Shown piece by piece: positions 38,167 to 46,971 of a stretch of 64,000 bases of DNA; within the stretch, counting starts at the first letter, position 1, and each line of letters opens with the position of its first letter. The position numbers and the translations under genes were made by a program. Where the stretch lies: NCBI GenBank assembly GCA_050732575.1, contig JBOHRF010000001.1:25595-89594 (forward strand), read 5' to 3'. The DNA is from Longimicrobiales bacterium (lineage in GTDB: Bacteria > Gemmatimonadota > Gemmatimonadetes > Longimicrobiales > RSA9). The notes under the pieces are model-generated. The model saw nothing but the letters and a program-made list of their open reading frames with translations, was not told the origin of the DNA and made no database searches.

Positions 38167-40019
38167 TGCGCGGGCACTTCTTGGCGCAACGCTTTGAGCA
38201 CGGCGTTGCGTACCATGGGATGGGTTTCACTGGTGGCCCGGTCCAGCGCCGCGCGCGAAGCCGGTGTGCCGACCCGGCCCAGCGCCATGGCGGCACAGGC
38301 GCGCACTTCGGCGGGCTGCTTCTGGCGCAGCAGGTTCTTGCCATTCAGGAGCCGGTCCAGCTTGGTCACGCTTTCCGCGTTGGCCACGGCGCCGAAGGCT
38401 TCGAAGAAGGCAATTTTTTCAGTCAGGTCCGCTCCGCGCATCCAGCTGCTGCCAATGATGGTCTCCAGGCGCTGACGCGCTGGCTGATAGCGCAGCGAGG
38501 CCAGGCCGCGCACGGCGGTCACGCGCACATCACGATCGCCATCTTCGAGTGCGGCTTGCAGCGCTTCCAGGGCGGCGCCCGAACGGATTTGAATCAGGCT
38601 CTCGACGGCGGCCCGGCGCAGCGGCGCAGACGGCCGGCTCATCAACGCGGCCAACGCAGGCGCGGCCAGCGGCAAGGCCAACTGACCTGACAACCGGCCG
38701 GCACCCAGGGCAATCAACTCGTCCTCAGAACGAATCAACTCGATGAGTCGTTCGGTATGGGCGCGGCCCAAATGTTCGGAGGCCGTGCGCAGACGCGTTT
38801 GCAGTGCGGGTACGGTCGTGGTTTCGGTAGTGCGAATCAACAGCGGCAGCGCTTGACTGCCCAGATGGCGCAGGAAGACGCCCAGTTCGACACCGCTCGG
38901 ATCGATGGCGCCTTCCTCGAGCGACTTGAGCAGCTGCGCCAGTACGGCCGGTTCGCTCAACTCGTCGAACAGGGCACGCGCTTCTTTGGCCTGCTCCGCA
39001 CCCAGGATGTTGTTGACTTCGACCAGCGCGCTCAATTCAACCAGGATGGTGGAGGCCGACGCAAGATCGCCGCGCGCCAGAAAAGCGGGCATGAGCTGAC
39101 GCAGGATGCGCACGATCTCGGTCTGCCGCGTCATCACTTGATCTTCCAGGCGATCAAACAAGGCGCTGAGAACGTCCGCCTTCAGTTCGCGCTGCGCTTC
39201 TTTCTCGACCTCCTCGCGCAGTTGTTCCAGCTCTGCCGAGTCGAGGAAATACACGGTTTCCTCGAAGTCATCGCGCGTGATGCTGGCCGCTACCGAAGGC
39301 ATGCCGTGCTGCATGGCAAACGGCTGATCCGTGGGGGCAGCTGCATCACTCTGGATCTCCTGGCGTACGTACTCGCCTTTGCCCGATTGCGCTTCCTTCA
39401 GCGGGACGACATCAGGCAGGATCAAGCCCTCGGACAACGCATCCACATAACTGTACTGGAAGGCGGCAAACTCGCGCTCCCACAGGATCGTCACCATGTC
39501 GTCATCGGCATTGTTGTCCAATGAGCGCGCCCGGTGCACGATTTCCAGAAAACGCTCCAACTCTTCCTCGAACGTAGGCAGGAAGGTCAGGTAGCGAATC
39601 CCATCCTTGTAAAAGAGAAAGGCCAGATTGTCTCGCCCCTCGCCCGCGGAGAGTGGTACCTCGCCCCAACGGAAGTTGTGTTCTTCCACCGCTACCGAAA
39701 TGGAATTCGTGAGCGCCCACAAGCGCGTAAACGCGTCTCGCAAGGCAGCCAGGAAATTCAGGTAGGTCGGGTTTTTGGCGTGGTACAGTCTGCGCGCGCG
39801 CACGGCCTTGTCGAGTGCCGTGAAGAGATGCGAGACGTCCACAGCACTCAGCTCATGCTCGGCCGGTGTTTCTGTGGATGGAGCGACCCGGCGCGCGGGG
39901 GCGGGCGCCGGACCAGGCTGGGCGTCGGGAGTGGACGGCGGCGCGCCGGGCGGGGGCGAACTGGCGGCCTGCTCGCCCTCCCCCTGGTTCAGGTCCGGAA
40001 CATCGGATCCGGCTGCCAA
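38163..40019 (-). CDS. HEAT-repeat protein with low-complexity Pro/Ala N-terminus
   Basis: 618 aa. The C-terminus has repeated HEAT/PBS-lyase-like units (RRAAVESLIQIRSGAALEALQAALEDGDRDVRVTAVRGLASL; VRACAAMALGRVG...). Its stop overlaps the HD-GYP start. Confidence 0.62.
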   Translation of the reverse strand: MAAGSDVPDLNQGEGEQAASSPPPGAPPSTPDAQPGPAPAPARRVAPSTETPAEHELSAVDVSHLFTALDKAVRARRLYHAKNPTYLNFLAALRDAFTRLWALTNSISVAVEEHNFRWGEVPLSAGEGRDNLAFLFYKDGIRYLTFLPTFEEELERFLEIVHRARSLDNNADDDMVTILWEREFAAFQYSYVDALSEGLILPDVVPLKEAQSGKGEYVRQEIQSDAAAPTDQPFAMQHGMPSVAASITRDDFEETVYFLDSAELEQLREEVEKEAQRELKADVLSALFDRLEDQVMTRQTEIVRILRQLMPAFLARGDLASASTILVELSALVEVNNILGAEQAKEARALFDELSEPAVLAQLLKSLEEGAIDPSGVELGVFLRHLGSQALPLLIRTTETTTVPALQTRLRTASEHLGRAHTERLIELIRSEDELIALGAGRLSGQLALPLAAPALAALMSRPSAPLRRAAVESLIQIRSGAALEALQAALEDGDRDVRVTAVRGLASLRYQPARQRLETIIGSSWMRGADLTEKIAFFEAFGAVANAESVTKLDRLLNGKNLLRQKQPAEVRACAAMALGRVGTPASRAALDRATSETHPMVRNAVLKALRQEVPAQ

Positions 40020-40039
40020 GCGCTACCTCGATCTCACGG

Positions 40040-41236
40040 TCATCGCTGCGTCGCGTTGTGGGCCGTCTGTGCGGCCACGTGCTCGACGTCCTTGTCGCCC
40101 CGTCCGCTCAAACAAATCACGACCGGACCGCGCTCCGACCATTGTTGTCCAGCACGTAGAAAATGAGCAATGGCGTGCGCGCTCTCGAGAGCCGGGATGA
40201 TACCTTCCAAGCGGGCGAGCGCGGCAAATGCGTCGAGCGCTTCCTGATCCGTGACGGCCACGTATCGGGCTCGGCCGGACTCCTTCAGAAACGCGTGTTC
40301 GGGTCCCACACCGGGGTAATCCAAACCAGCCGATATGGAATGTGCGGGTGCAACCTGACCCGCTTCATCCTGGAGGAGATAGCTGAGCGAACCGTGTAAC
40401 ACCCCGGGTCGTCCGGCCGACAGAGAAGCGGCGTGGTGGGCCGTACCCAATCCCTCACCGGCAGCTTCTACGCCAACCAACTCGACCTTCGTATTCGGTA
40501 CAAACTCGTGGAAAATCCCCATGGCATTCGAACCGCCACCAACGCACGCCAGAACCGCAGCGGGATCGGGTCGGTGCAACGCCTGCAGCTGCTGGCGCGT
40601 CTCACGACCAATGACCGCTTGAAAATCGCGTACGAGGCGGGGATACGGATCGGGGCCCACGACGGAGCCAATAATATAGTGACTGTGCTGAACGGTCGCC
40701 ACCCAATCGCGCATTGCTTCGTTTGTTGCATCCTTTAACGTGCGTGTTCCAGAAAATACCGTTCGAACCTCCGCACCCAACAATTGCATACGGTAGACAT
40801 TCAGCGCCTGCCGCTTTACATCATCAGCACCCATGTATACGGCACATTCCAGACCAAAAAGCGCGCACACGGTAGCGGTGGCCACACCGTGCTGACCGGC
40901 TCCGGTCTCCGCAATAATGCGTTGCTTGCCCATGCGACGAGCCAGCAGGATCTGGCCGAGTGTATTGTTGATTTTGTGCGCGCCCGTGTGATTGAGGTCT
41001 TCGCGCTTGAGGTAGACCTCGGTGCCGCCTGCCCGTTCACCCAATCGATGGGCACGATAAAGCGGTGTGGGCCGGCCCACATAATCACGCCAGAGCACAT
41101 CGAGAGCGGCCCAGAAGGCCGGGTCCTGGCAGGCGAGGTCGTAGGCGCGCGCGAGCTCATCGAGGGCGGCGATCAACGTCTCAGGCACGTAGCGCCCACC
41201 GAATCGGCCAAAGCGCGTGGCCACTGTACTACTCAT
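40040..41236 (-). CDS. trpB: tryptophan synthase beta chain
   Basis: [16 protein letters not shown] (PLP Lys) and GGGSNAMG. 398 aa. Confidence 0.95.
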   Translation of the reverse strand: MSSTVATRFGRFGGRYVPETLIAALDELARAYDLACQDPAFWAALDVLWRDYVGRPTPLYRAHRLGERAGGTEVYLKREDLNHTGAHKINNTLGQILLARRMGKQRIIAETGAGQHGVATATVCALFGLECAVYMGADDVKRQALNVYRMQLLGAEVRTVFSGTRTLKDATNEAMRDWVATVQHSHYIIGSVVGPDPYPRLVRDFQAVIGRETRQQLQALHRPDPAAVLACVGGGSNAMGIFHEFVPNTKVELVGVEAAGEGLGTAHHAASLSAGRPGVLHGSLSYLLQDEAGQVAPAHSISAGLDYPGVGPEHAFLKESGRARYVAVTDQEALDAFAALARLEGIIPALESAHAIAHFLRAGQQWSERGPVVICLSGRGDKDVEHVAAQTAHNATQR

Positions 41237-41882
41237 GCATGCTACCGTTCTCTGCGGCGCGAGCCGCGGTCACGAACCAAATCATCAGCTCGGGAGATTT
41301 TTCACCTACCACACGTTCGACTCCCGAGCTCACATCTACAACGTGCGGAGCCAACCAGCGAATGGCCGCTGCAACATTGTGGTGCGTGAGACCACCGGCC
41401 AGAACGACCTGCAAGTCTGCTGGCAACCCATTACGATCTTGGACCAGCGCCGCCCAATCCAATCGTGCGCCCGATCCCCCAGCCAGATCCGGGTGATAAG
41501 CATCGAGTAGCAACGCGGCCGCGTGCGGATAGTGGTTGGCCGCGTCGCGCAATTCGTGCGGTGCACGCACTCGGACAGCCTTCCAGACAGTCACCGATTG
41601 CGCCAGTGATGCAACCAGAGCGGGCGACTCCTGCCCATGCAGCTGGACCACGGACAGCGACAACTCCGAAATGGCCGCGTTCACCTCCTGCGCCTGCGGG
41701 TCTACAAACACACCAACGCGCCGGGCGCCCGCAGCGGCCGCGAAAATCTGCGCAGCCGCTTGATAGGACTGCGACCGACGCATGCCGGGCGCGAGGATGA
41801 CACCAACGTAATCCGCACCTGCGGCCACAGCCGCGGCCGCATCGTCCGGCCGACAAAGTCCACAGATCTTGACGCCCATCAT
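41229..41882 (-). CDS. trpF: phosphoribosylanthranilate isomerase
   Basis: Starts MMGVKICGL, with a later VQLHG motif. ATG 41882 overlaps the trpC stop (ATGA). Confidence 0.85.
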   Translation of the reverse strand: MMGVKICGLCRPDDAAAAVAAGADYVGVILAPGMRRSQSYQAAAQIFAAAAGARRVGVFVDPQAQEVNAAISELSLSVVQLHGQESPALVASLAQSVTVWKAVRVRAPHELRDAANHYPHAAALLLDAYHPDLAGGSGARLDWAALVQDRNGLPADLQVVLAGGLTHHNVAAAIRWLAPHVVDVSSGVERVVGEKSPELMIWFVTAARAAENGSMHE

Positions 41883-42697
41883 GCCGGCGCTGCAGCCACG
41901 CGCGAGGCCCGAGCACAACCGACAAAACTCGCCGCAGCGGCCGCCGGCTCACGTGCACGCATCAGGGTTTCACCAATCAATACCGCATGAAAGCCCGCGG
42001 CACCGTAGCGCTCAACATCGGCGCGGCCGCGAACACCACTCTCCGCGACGACAATCACATCACTTGGAATGGCGGACAGCAATTTCATGGCCGTCTGCGA
42101 GTCGGTTTGGAAATTGGACAGATCTCGATTGTTGATACCCAACACGCGCGCGCCGGCTGCCAAAGCTCGCTCAACCTCGTTTGCATCGTGCGCTTCGACC
42201 AGAACATCCAGCGCATGAGCAACCGCCGCGCGCAACAGTGACGTCAACTGTTCCTGCTCCAGAATCCGAACAATCAGAAGGATAGCGTCCGCTCCCGCAG
42301 CACGCGCTTCCAGAATCTGCAACTCATCAAGTATGAAGTCCTTGCGCAGGACGGGCAGCCTCGACACCTTCCGTGCCTCTTCAAGATCGACGAGGTTGCC
42401 CCCGAAGAACTCGCGGTCCGTCAGAACGCTAAGCGCGGCTGCGCCGGCCGCTTCATACGCTGGCACAACCGACGTAACTTGCGCGTCCTGGCTGATCCAT
42501 CCTGCGGAAGGCGATCGTCGCTTGAATTCGGCGATCAGTTGCACGGTCGCAGCGCGCAATGCCGACTCCAGCGATCGTGGCGGCGGCGCCGATTGGGCCG
42601 CACGGACCAGCGCAGCCTGCGCCGGTCGCAACCGGTCGATTTCCCGGCGCTTGGCAGCCACAATCGAATCGAGAACGCCCCTTGCGTTTCGGTCCAT
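41879..42697 (-). CDS. trpC: indole-3-glycerol phosphate synthase
   Basis: IAEFKRRSPSAG, LRKDFI and INNRDL motifs. ATG 42697 (MDRNARGVLDSIV) is preferred over the TTG at 42724. Confidence 0.9.
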   Translation of the reverse strand: MDRNARGVLDSIVAAKRREIDRLRPAQAALVRAAQSAPPPRSLESALRAATVQLIAEFKRRSPSAGWISQDAQVTSVVPAYEAAGAAALSVLTDREFFGGNLVDLEEARKVSRLPVLRKDFILDELQILEARAAGADAILLIVRILEQEQLTSLLRAAVAHALDVLVEAHDANEVERALAAGARVLGINNRDLSNFQTDSQTAMKLLSAIPSDVIVVAESGVRGRADVERYGAAGFHAVLIGETLMRAREPAAAAASFVGCARASRVAAAPA

Positions 42698-42756
42698 CTT
42701 CGGTATAAGTTGACCTTCGGTCAATCTTCGGATCGTGTCTTGGACGAGGACACCGG
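42696..42756. promoter_or_regulatory. trpC-lexA divergent control region with two palindromes and a candidate lexA promoter
   Basis: TTGCGT(42682-87)-16 nt-TATAAG(42704-09). Palindromes are TTGACC-TTC-GGTCAA (42710-24) and GTGTC-N9-GACAC (42735-53). ATCTTCGG is a direct repeat at 42696 and 42724. Confidence 0.35.
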
Positions 42757-43365
42757 ATGCCCCTGACGAAACGGCAAAAAGAGATTCTGGACTTCCTCGA
42801 GGAGTTCCTGGCGGAGAACGGGTATTCGCCGAGCTTCGAGGAGATCGCCAAACACTTCGGCTACACGTCGCTGGCGACGGTGCACGAACACCTCGAGAAT
42901 CTGCGCCAGAAGGGGTACATCCGGAAGAGTTACAATGCCAGTCGATCCGTGGAGCTGGTGCCGGCCGGGGTCAAGGTTGCGGCGGTCGAGCTGCCGCTCA
43001 TGGGCCAGGTGGCCGCGGGCTCGCCGATCGAGGCTATCCGAGACAACGAGACGGTGGCGGTGCCGGATGATTTCCTGGCGCGCGGCGGTGAACACTATGT
43101 GCTGCGCGTCAAAGGGGATTCCATGATCGACGAGCAGATCCGGGACGGCGACTACATCGTCGTGAGTGCCAAGAATACGGCGTCCAACGGCGAGACGGTG
43201 GTGGCGCTCGTGCACGGCGAATCGGCCACGGTAAAGAAATATTTCCGCGAACACGATGGTCGGGTGAGGTTGCAGCCGGCAAACACGACCATGGGCCCCA
43301 TGTTTTTCCGGGGCAATGAAGTAGTGGTACAGGGCGTAGTGATTGGCGTGCTGCGCCGCTATTAA
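42757..43365 (+). CDS. lexA: LexA repressor
   Basis: MPLTKRQKEILDFLEEFLAENGYSPSFEEIA is a winged HTH. The cleavage site is VAAGSP, the catalytic Ser is in GDSM, and the catalytic Lys is in VKKY. Confidence 0.93.
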   Translation: MPLTKRQKEILDFLEEFLAENGYSPSFEEIAKHFGYTSLATVHEHLENLRQKGYIRKSYNASRSVELVPAGVKVAAVELPLMGQVAAGSPIEAIRDNETVAVPDDFLARGGEHYVLRVKGDSMIDEQIRDGDYIVVSAKNTASNGETVVALVHGESATVKKYFREHDGRVRLQPANTTMGPMFFRGNEVVVQGVVIGVLRRY

Positions 43366-43383
43366 GCGTGAGCGCGCGTGCGT

Positions 43384-43413
43384 GCCCGCAGCCGGTGGAG
43401 TGCGGGCCTTTCG
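43384..43413 (+). terminator. candidate intrinsic terminator after lexA
   Basis: Stem GCCCGCA(43384-90)/TGCGGGC(43401-07) with a 10-nt loop, followed by CTTTCGC. The U-tract is weak. Confidence 0.5.
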
Positions 43414-43545
43414 CATGGGAGGCGGTTGATGAAGCGGATCTTCCTGGTGGGGCGAAGCACCTGCAGGCTGCGCGCCGTTTGGCTGGTGGTAGGTGTGCGC
43501 GCGCCAATCGCCGGGCCATTCACGTTGTGCGGCGTAGTCACGGGG

Positions 43546-44613
43546 TTACGCCGGTAGTTCGAGCACTTCACGCGTCGTATTGCGCAACCGCGCCAGAGCA
43601 GCCGCGCCTTTTCCGTCGGTGAGCGCGCGCTCTGCGCGCTGCACGCCATTCAGAAGATCTTCAGCGATTCCAGCGACATAAAGAGCAGCGCCGGCATTGA
43701 GCGTAACGGCCAGGCGCGCAGCGCCTTTGCGTTTTCCGGCCAACACATCCTCCACCAGACGCGCGTTCTCCGCCGGCTCACCGCCGCGCAGGTGTTCTTC
43801 ATCCAGATCCAGGTCACCAAAATGCAGGGCTGGCTGAAACTGATAGCGGTGTTGTTCGCCATTGCGGACTTCAATGACCTCCGACGGTCCAATGGGGCTG
43901 AGCTCATCCATACCGGGCGCACCATGCACGACCAGAGCGTGCTCATGACCGAGCTGCTGCAGGGCGCCAGCAATGAGACTGAGCATGCGTGGGTGTGAAA
44001 CACCAATGACTTGTCGGCGGGCGCCAGCCGGGTTGGTGAGCGGGCCAAGCAAGTTCATGATGGTCGGCATGCCGAGTTCGCGGCGAACGGGTGCAACGTG
44101 GCGCATAGCCGGATGGAGCAGCGGCGCAAACATGAAGACAATACCAGCGCGTTCGAAAACGGCGGCCATCTGGGCCGGCGTCAGTTCAATCTGAATGCCG
44201 AGTGCCGAAAGGACGTCTGCGCTGCCACACTTTGAAGTGAACGAACGGTTGCCGTGTTTGGCGATGCGAGCACCGGCCCCGGCGGCGAGAAATGCAGCCG
44301 CGGTCGAAATGTTGAAGGTCATGAACGCGCCTCCGCCCGTGCCGCAGGTATCGACAACGGACCAGTCAGCGGGTGCGGCGATGGGGATCATGGCGCGGCG
44401 CAGCGCGCGCACGCCGCCTGCAACATGGACGGGCGACTCACCGGCAGTGCGCAGCGCGACCAGCAACGCGGCGATTTGTACGGGCGAGGCGCGTCCTTCC
44501 ATGACCGTGATGAAAGCCGCTTCGGCTTCCTCCAGGGTCAGAGGCTCAGCGTTGACGATACGAGGAATCAGCTCGGCGAGGCCGGGAAAGACTTCGCCGC
44601 CGTCTGCCTGCAT
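43546..44613 (-). CDS. trpD: anthranilate phosphoribosyltransferase
   Basis: VDTCGTGG, KHGNRSFTSKCGSADVL and 355 aa. Confidence 0.92.
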   Translation of the reverse strand: MQADGGEVFPGLAELIPRIVNAEPLTLEEAEAAFITVMEGRASPVQIAALLVALRTAGESPVHVAGGVRALRRAMIPIAAPADWSVVDTCGTGGGAFMTFNISTAAAFLAAGAGARIAKHGNRSFTSKCGSADVLSALGIQIELTPAQMAAVFERAGIVFMFAPLLHPAMRHVAPVRRELGMPTIMNLLGPLTNPAGARRQVIGVSHPRMLSLIAGALQQLGHEHALVVHGAPGMDELSPIGPSEVIEVRNGEQHRYQFQPALHFGDLDLDEEHLRGGEPAENARLVEDVLAGKRKGAARLAVTLNAGAALYVAGIAEDLLNGVQRAERALTDGKGAAALARLRNTTREVLELPA

Positions 44614-44681
44614 GACCAGCTCCGCGTGGGATTCGAGAGCCGGAAGCTAGAAACGGCGCCGCAGTGCAACAAGGTTAAGCC

Positions 44682-45836
44682 CTACCGCGGTCGCAGAGTG
44701 ACGCCGCCCGAGCCGGTGTCGATGGTCATCATGCCCTGCCCATCGCCAAGGCGACCTCGGAGATGGTAGCGCCGCTTCTGTATCAGTTGAATGGGCGTGC
44801 TCACGTTGATGCCGCCGCTGCCCGTATCGACCGTCAGGTCGGCACCGAGATCGGAGGGCAGGAGCACGGTCACGCTGCCGGACCCCGTGTCGAGCCGGGC
44901 AGTGCGGACGTCGGTTAGCAACTCGAGCGTGATGGAACCGCTACCCGTGTCCAACTCGACGTCGCGCGTGTTCACGTGGTGCGCCCGAATGCCACCGGAG
45001 CCGGTGTTCAGGCGCATCTCCGGAGCGCTGGCGCCTTCCACCCGGATGCTCCCGGAACCCGTGTCAATATCGAGCGCGGAAACCTCCAAACTCGTGGCAT
45101 CGACACCGCCCGAGCCGGTGTCGATAAAAAGCGTGCCGTTGCCCACATCATCGGCCCGCACCGAGCCCGAGCCAGTGTCGATGCGGACATGGCCCCGCAC
45201 GGCGGCTACCGAGACCCCACCCGATCCAGTGGTGATGAGCAGGGAGCCATTCACGCCGTGCGCGTCGACTGATCCAGACCGTGCTTCCGCGCGGACGTGC
45301 CCATCGACATTGGCAACATTGATCCCGCCCACGCCCAGGTGGAGTGCAACCGTGCGGCCCTCAGGCACGAGCACGCGCAGGTCAGCCCAGGCTTCCAGTC
45401 CGGATCCGGTGCTGCTAACGCGCACGCGGCCATCCCGTGAACCCAGCCGAATGGAAGAAGGTACGGCAAAGCCATCCTCGGTAAGTCTTGCGCGCAACAT
45501 GCGGCCACCAAACGTGCCATCGGCGTTGACGTCGAATTCCGTGCGTGAGAAGCGACCCATGCGGGGATAGACAATGCGATCGGCGGGATATTGAATGAAC
45601 AGGGCGCGCCAGCCATCGACATCGGAGTTGCGAACCGTGAGGCGATCGGCATCGCTACCCTGTCGCATGACCTCGACCACTACGGCCGAACCGGTGCCTC
45701 GCTCGATGCGGACCTCACCAGCCAGGTTGAAAATCGCAACCTGCTCTCCTGCCAATGAAAAGCGTTCGGGCGCCTGCGCAACCGCAGCCGAGCCACTGCC
45801 GAAGGCCAGAATCAGGCCTACTCCGATGTATCGCAT
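44682..45836 (-). CDS. secreted beta-strand-repeat protein (DUF4097 / putative adhesin-like)
   Basis: ATG 45836 gives the signal peptide MRYIGVGLILAFGSGSAAVAQA. The C-terminal half has many repeats of (I/L)DTGSGS(V/I). Confidence 0.6.
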   Translation of the reverse strand: MRYIGVGLILAFGSGSAAVAQAPERFSLAGEQVAIFNLAGEVRIERGTGSAVVVEVMRQGSDADRLTVRNSDVDGWRALFIQYPADRIVYPRMGRFSRTEFDVNADGTFGGRMLRARLTEDGFAVPSSIRLGSRDGRVRVSSTGSGLEAWADLRVLVPEGRTVALHLGVGGINVANVDGHVRAEARSGSVDAHGVNGSLLITTGSGGVSVAAVRGHVRIDTGSGSVRADDVGNGTLFIDTGSGGVDATSLEVSALDIDTGSGSIRVEGASAPEMRLNTGSGGIRAHHVNTRDVELDTGSGSITLELLTDVRTARLDTGSGSVTVLLPSDLGADLTVDTGSGGINVSTPIQLIQKRRYHLRGRLGDGQGMMTIDTGSGGVTLRPR

Positions 45837-45989
45837 GGGGAATCTCCAGAACGAGACGCCGCTCCACCTTAACAGGCACCTACGCCAGTCGATCCTATGT
45901 GGTTTCGCGCCTTGCGTCCAAAGACGCTGGAAGTATCCTTCCAGCCGTTTCAGCGGCGGGTCGATCGGCCGACTCCAGTGGAGTGTTGG

Positions 45990-46955
45990 ATGAAGCGGAT
46001 TCTGGTCACGGGCGCGGCCGGACAGGTGGGCACGGAATTGGTGCCCGCCCTGCGCACCATCTACGGAGCAGCGCAGGTATTGGCAACCGACCTGAAACCG
46101 GCCCGGGACGCAGTTTCGGAGGGCCCGTTCCACCAGCTCGATTGCCTGGACGCCGCTGCACTCGGTGCTGTCCTGCGGCAGCATCGACCGGATACCATTT
46201 TCCATCTGGCGGCGCTGCTTTCGGCCACGGCGGAGAACCATCCGCAGCATGCTTACCAGGTCAACATGGGCAGCCTCCTGAACGTGCTGGAAGCTACGCG
46301 CGAATTGGGCTGCGCCCTATTCACGCCCAGCTCGATTGGTGCGTTCGGCCCCGGCACACCCCGGGATCCCGCCCCGCAGGATACCATGCAGCGGCCGACC
46401 ACCATGTATGGCGTGACCAAAGTGGCCGGCGAGCTGCTTTGTGACTACTACCACGCACGCTATGGCGTGGACACACGCGGCCTGCGCTACCCGGGGCTCA
46501 TTTCGCACGTGACGCCGCCGGGCGGCGGGACCACGGACTATGCGGTCGAGATTTTCTATGCCGCGATCGAGGAAGGCCGCTACACCTGCTTTCTGCGAGC
46601 GGATACACAACTCGACATGATGTACATGCCGGACGCAATCCGAGCTGCACTGGAGCTGATGGAAGCAGACGCCAGCCGACTTAAGCATCGAAATGCTTTC
46701 AATGTAACCGCCATGCAGTTGACGCCTTCCTCGCTGGCGGCGCGCATTCGCGACCACGTGCCCGACTTCCAAATCGAATACCGCGTGGACACGCTTCGAC
46801 AGAACATCGCGGATTCCTGGCCGCGCCGACTGGACGATAGCGCGGCGCGCGCGGAATGGGGGTGGCGCGCGCACTACGATGACCAGGGCATGGTGCAGGA
46901 CATGTTGCTGCAACTCAGACAGAAGCACTTGCCCGGAGCAAAACGAGTGTCATGA
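45990..46955 (+). CDS. tdh: SDR/epimerase-type L-threonine 3-dehydrogenase
   Basis: MKRILVTGAAGQVG, YGVTK (YxxxK) and GGGTTDYAVEIF. The C-terminal NIADSWPRRLDDSAARAEWGW is typical of short-chain TDH. It is followed by kbl. Confidence 0.75.
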   Translation: MKRILVTGAAGQVGTELVPALRTIYGAAQVLATDLKPARDAVSEGPFHQLDCLDAAALGAVLRQHRPDTIFHLAALLSATAENHPQHAYQVNMGSLLNVLEATRELGCALFTPSSIGAFGPGTPRDPAPQDTMQRPTTMYGVTKVAGELLCDYYHARYGVDTRGLRYPGLISHVTPPGGGTTDYAVEIFYAAIEEGRYTCFLRADTQLDMMYMPDAIRAALELMEADASRLKHRNAFNVTAMQLTPSSLAARIRDHVPDFQIEYRVDTLRQNIADSWPRRLDDSAARAEWGWRAHYDDQGMVQDMLLQLRQKHLPGAKRVS

Positions 46956-46971
46956 TTGCGGGAGAACGTGG

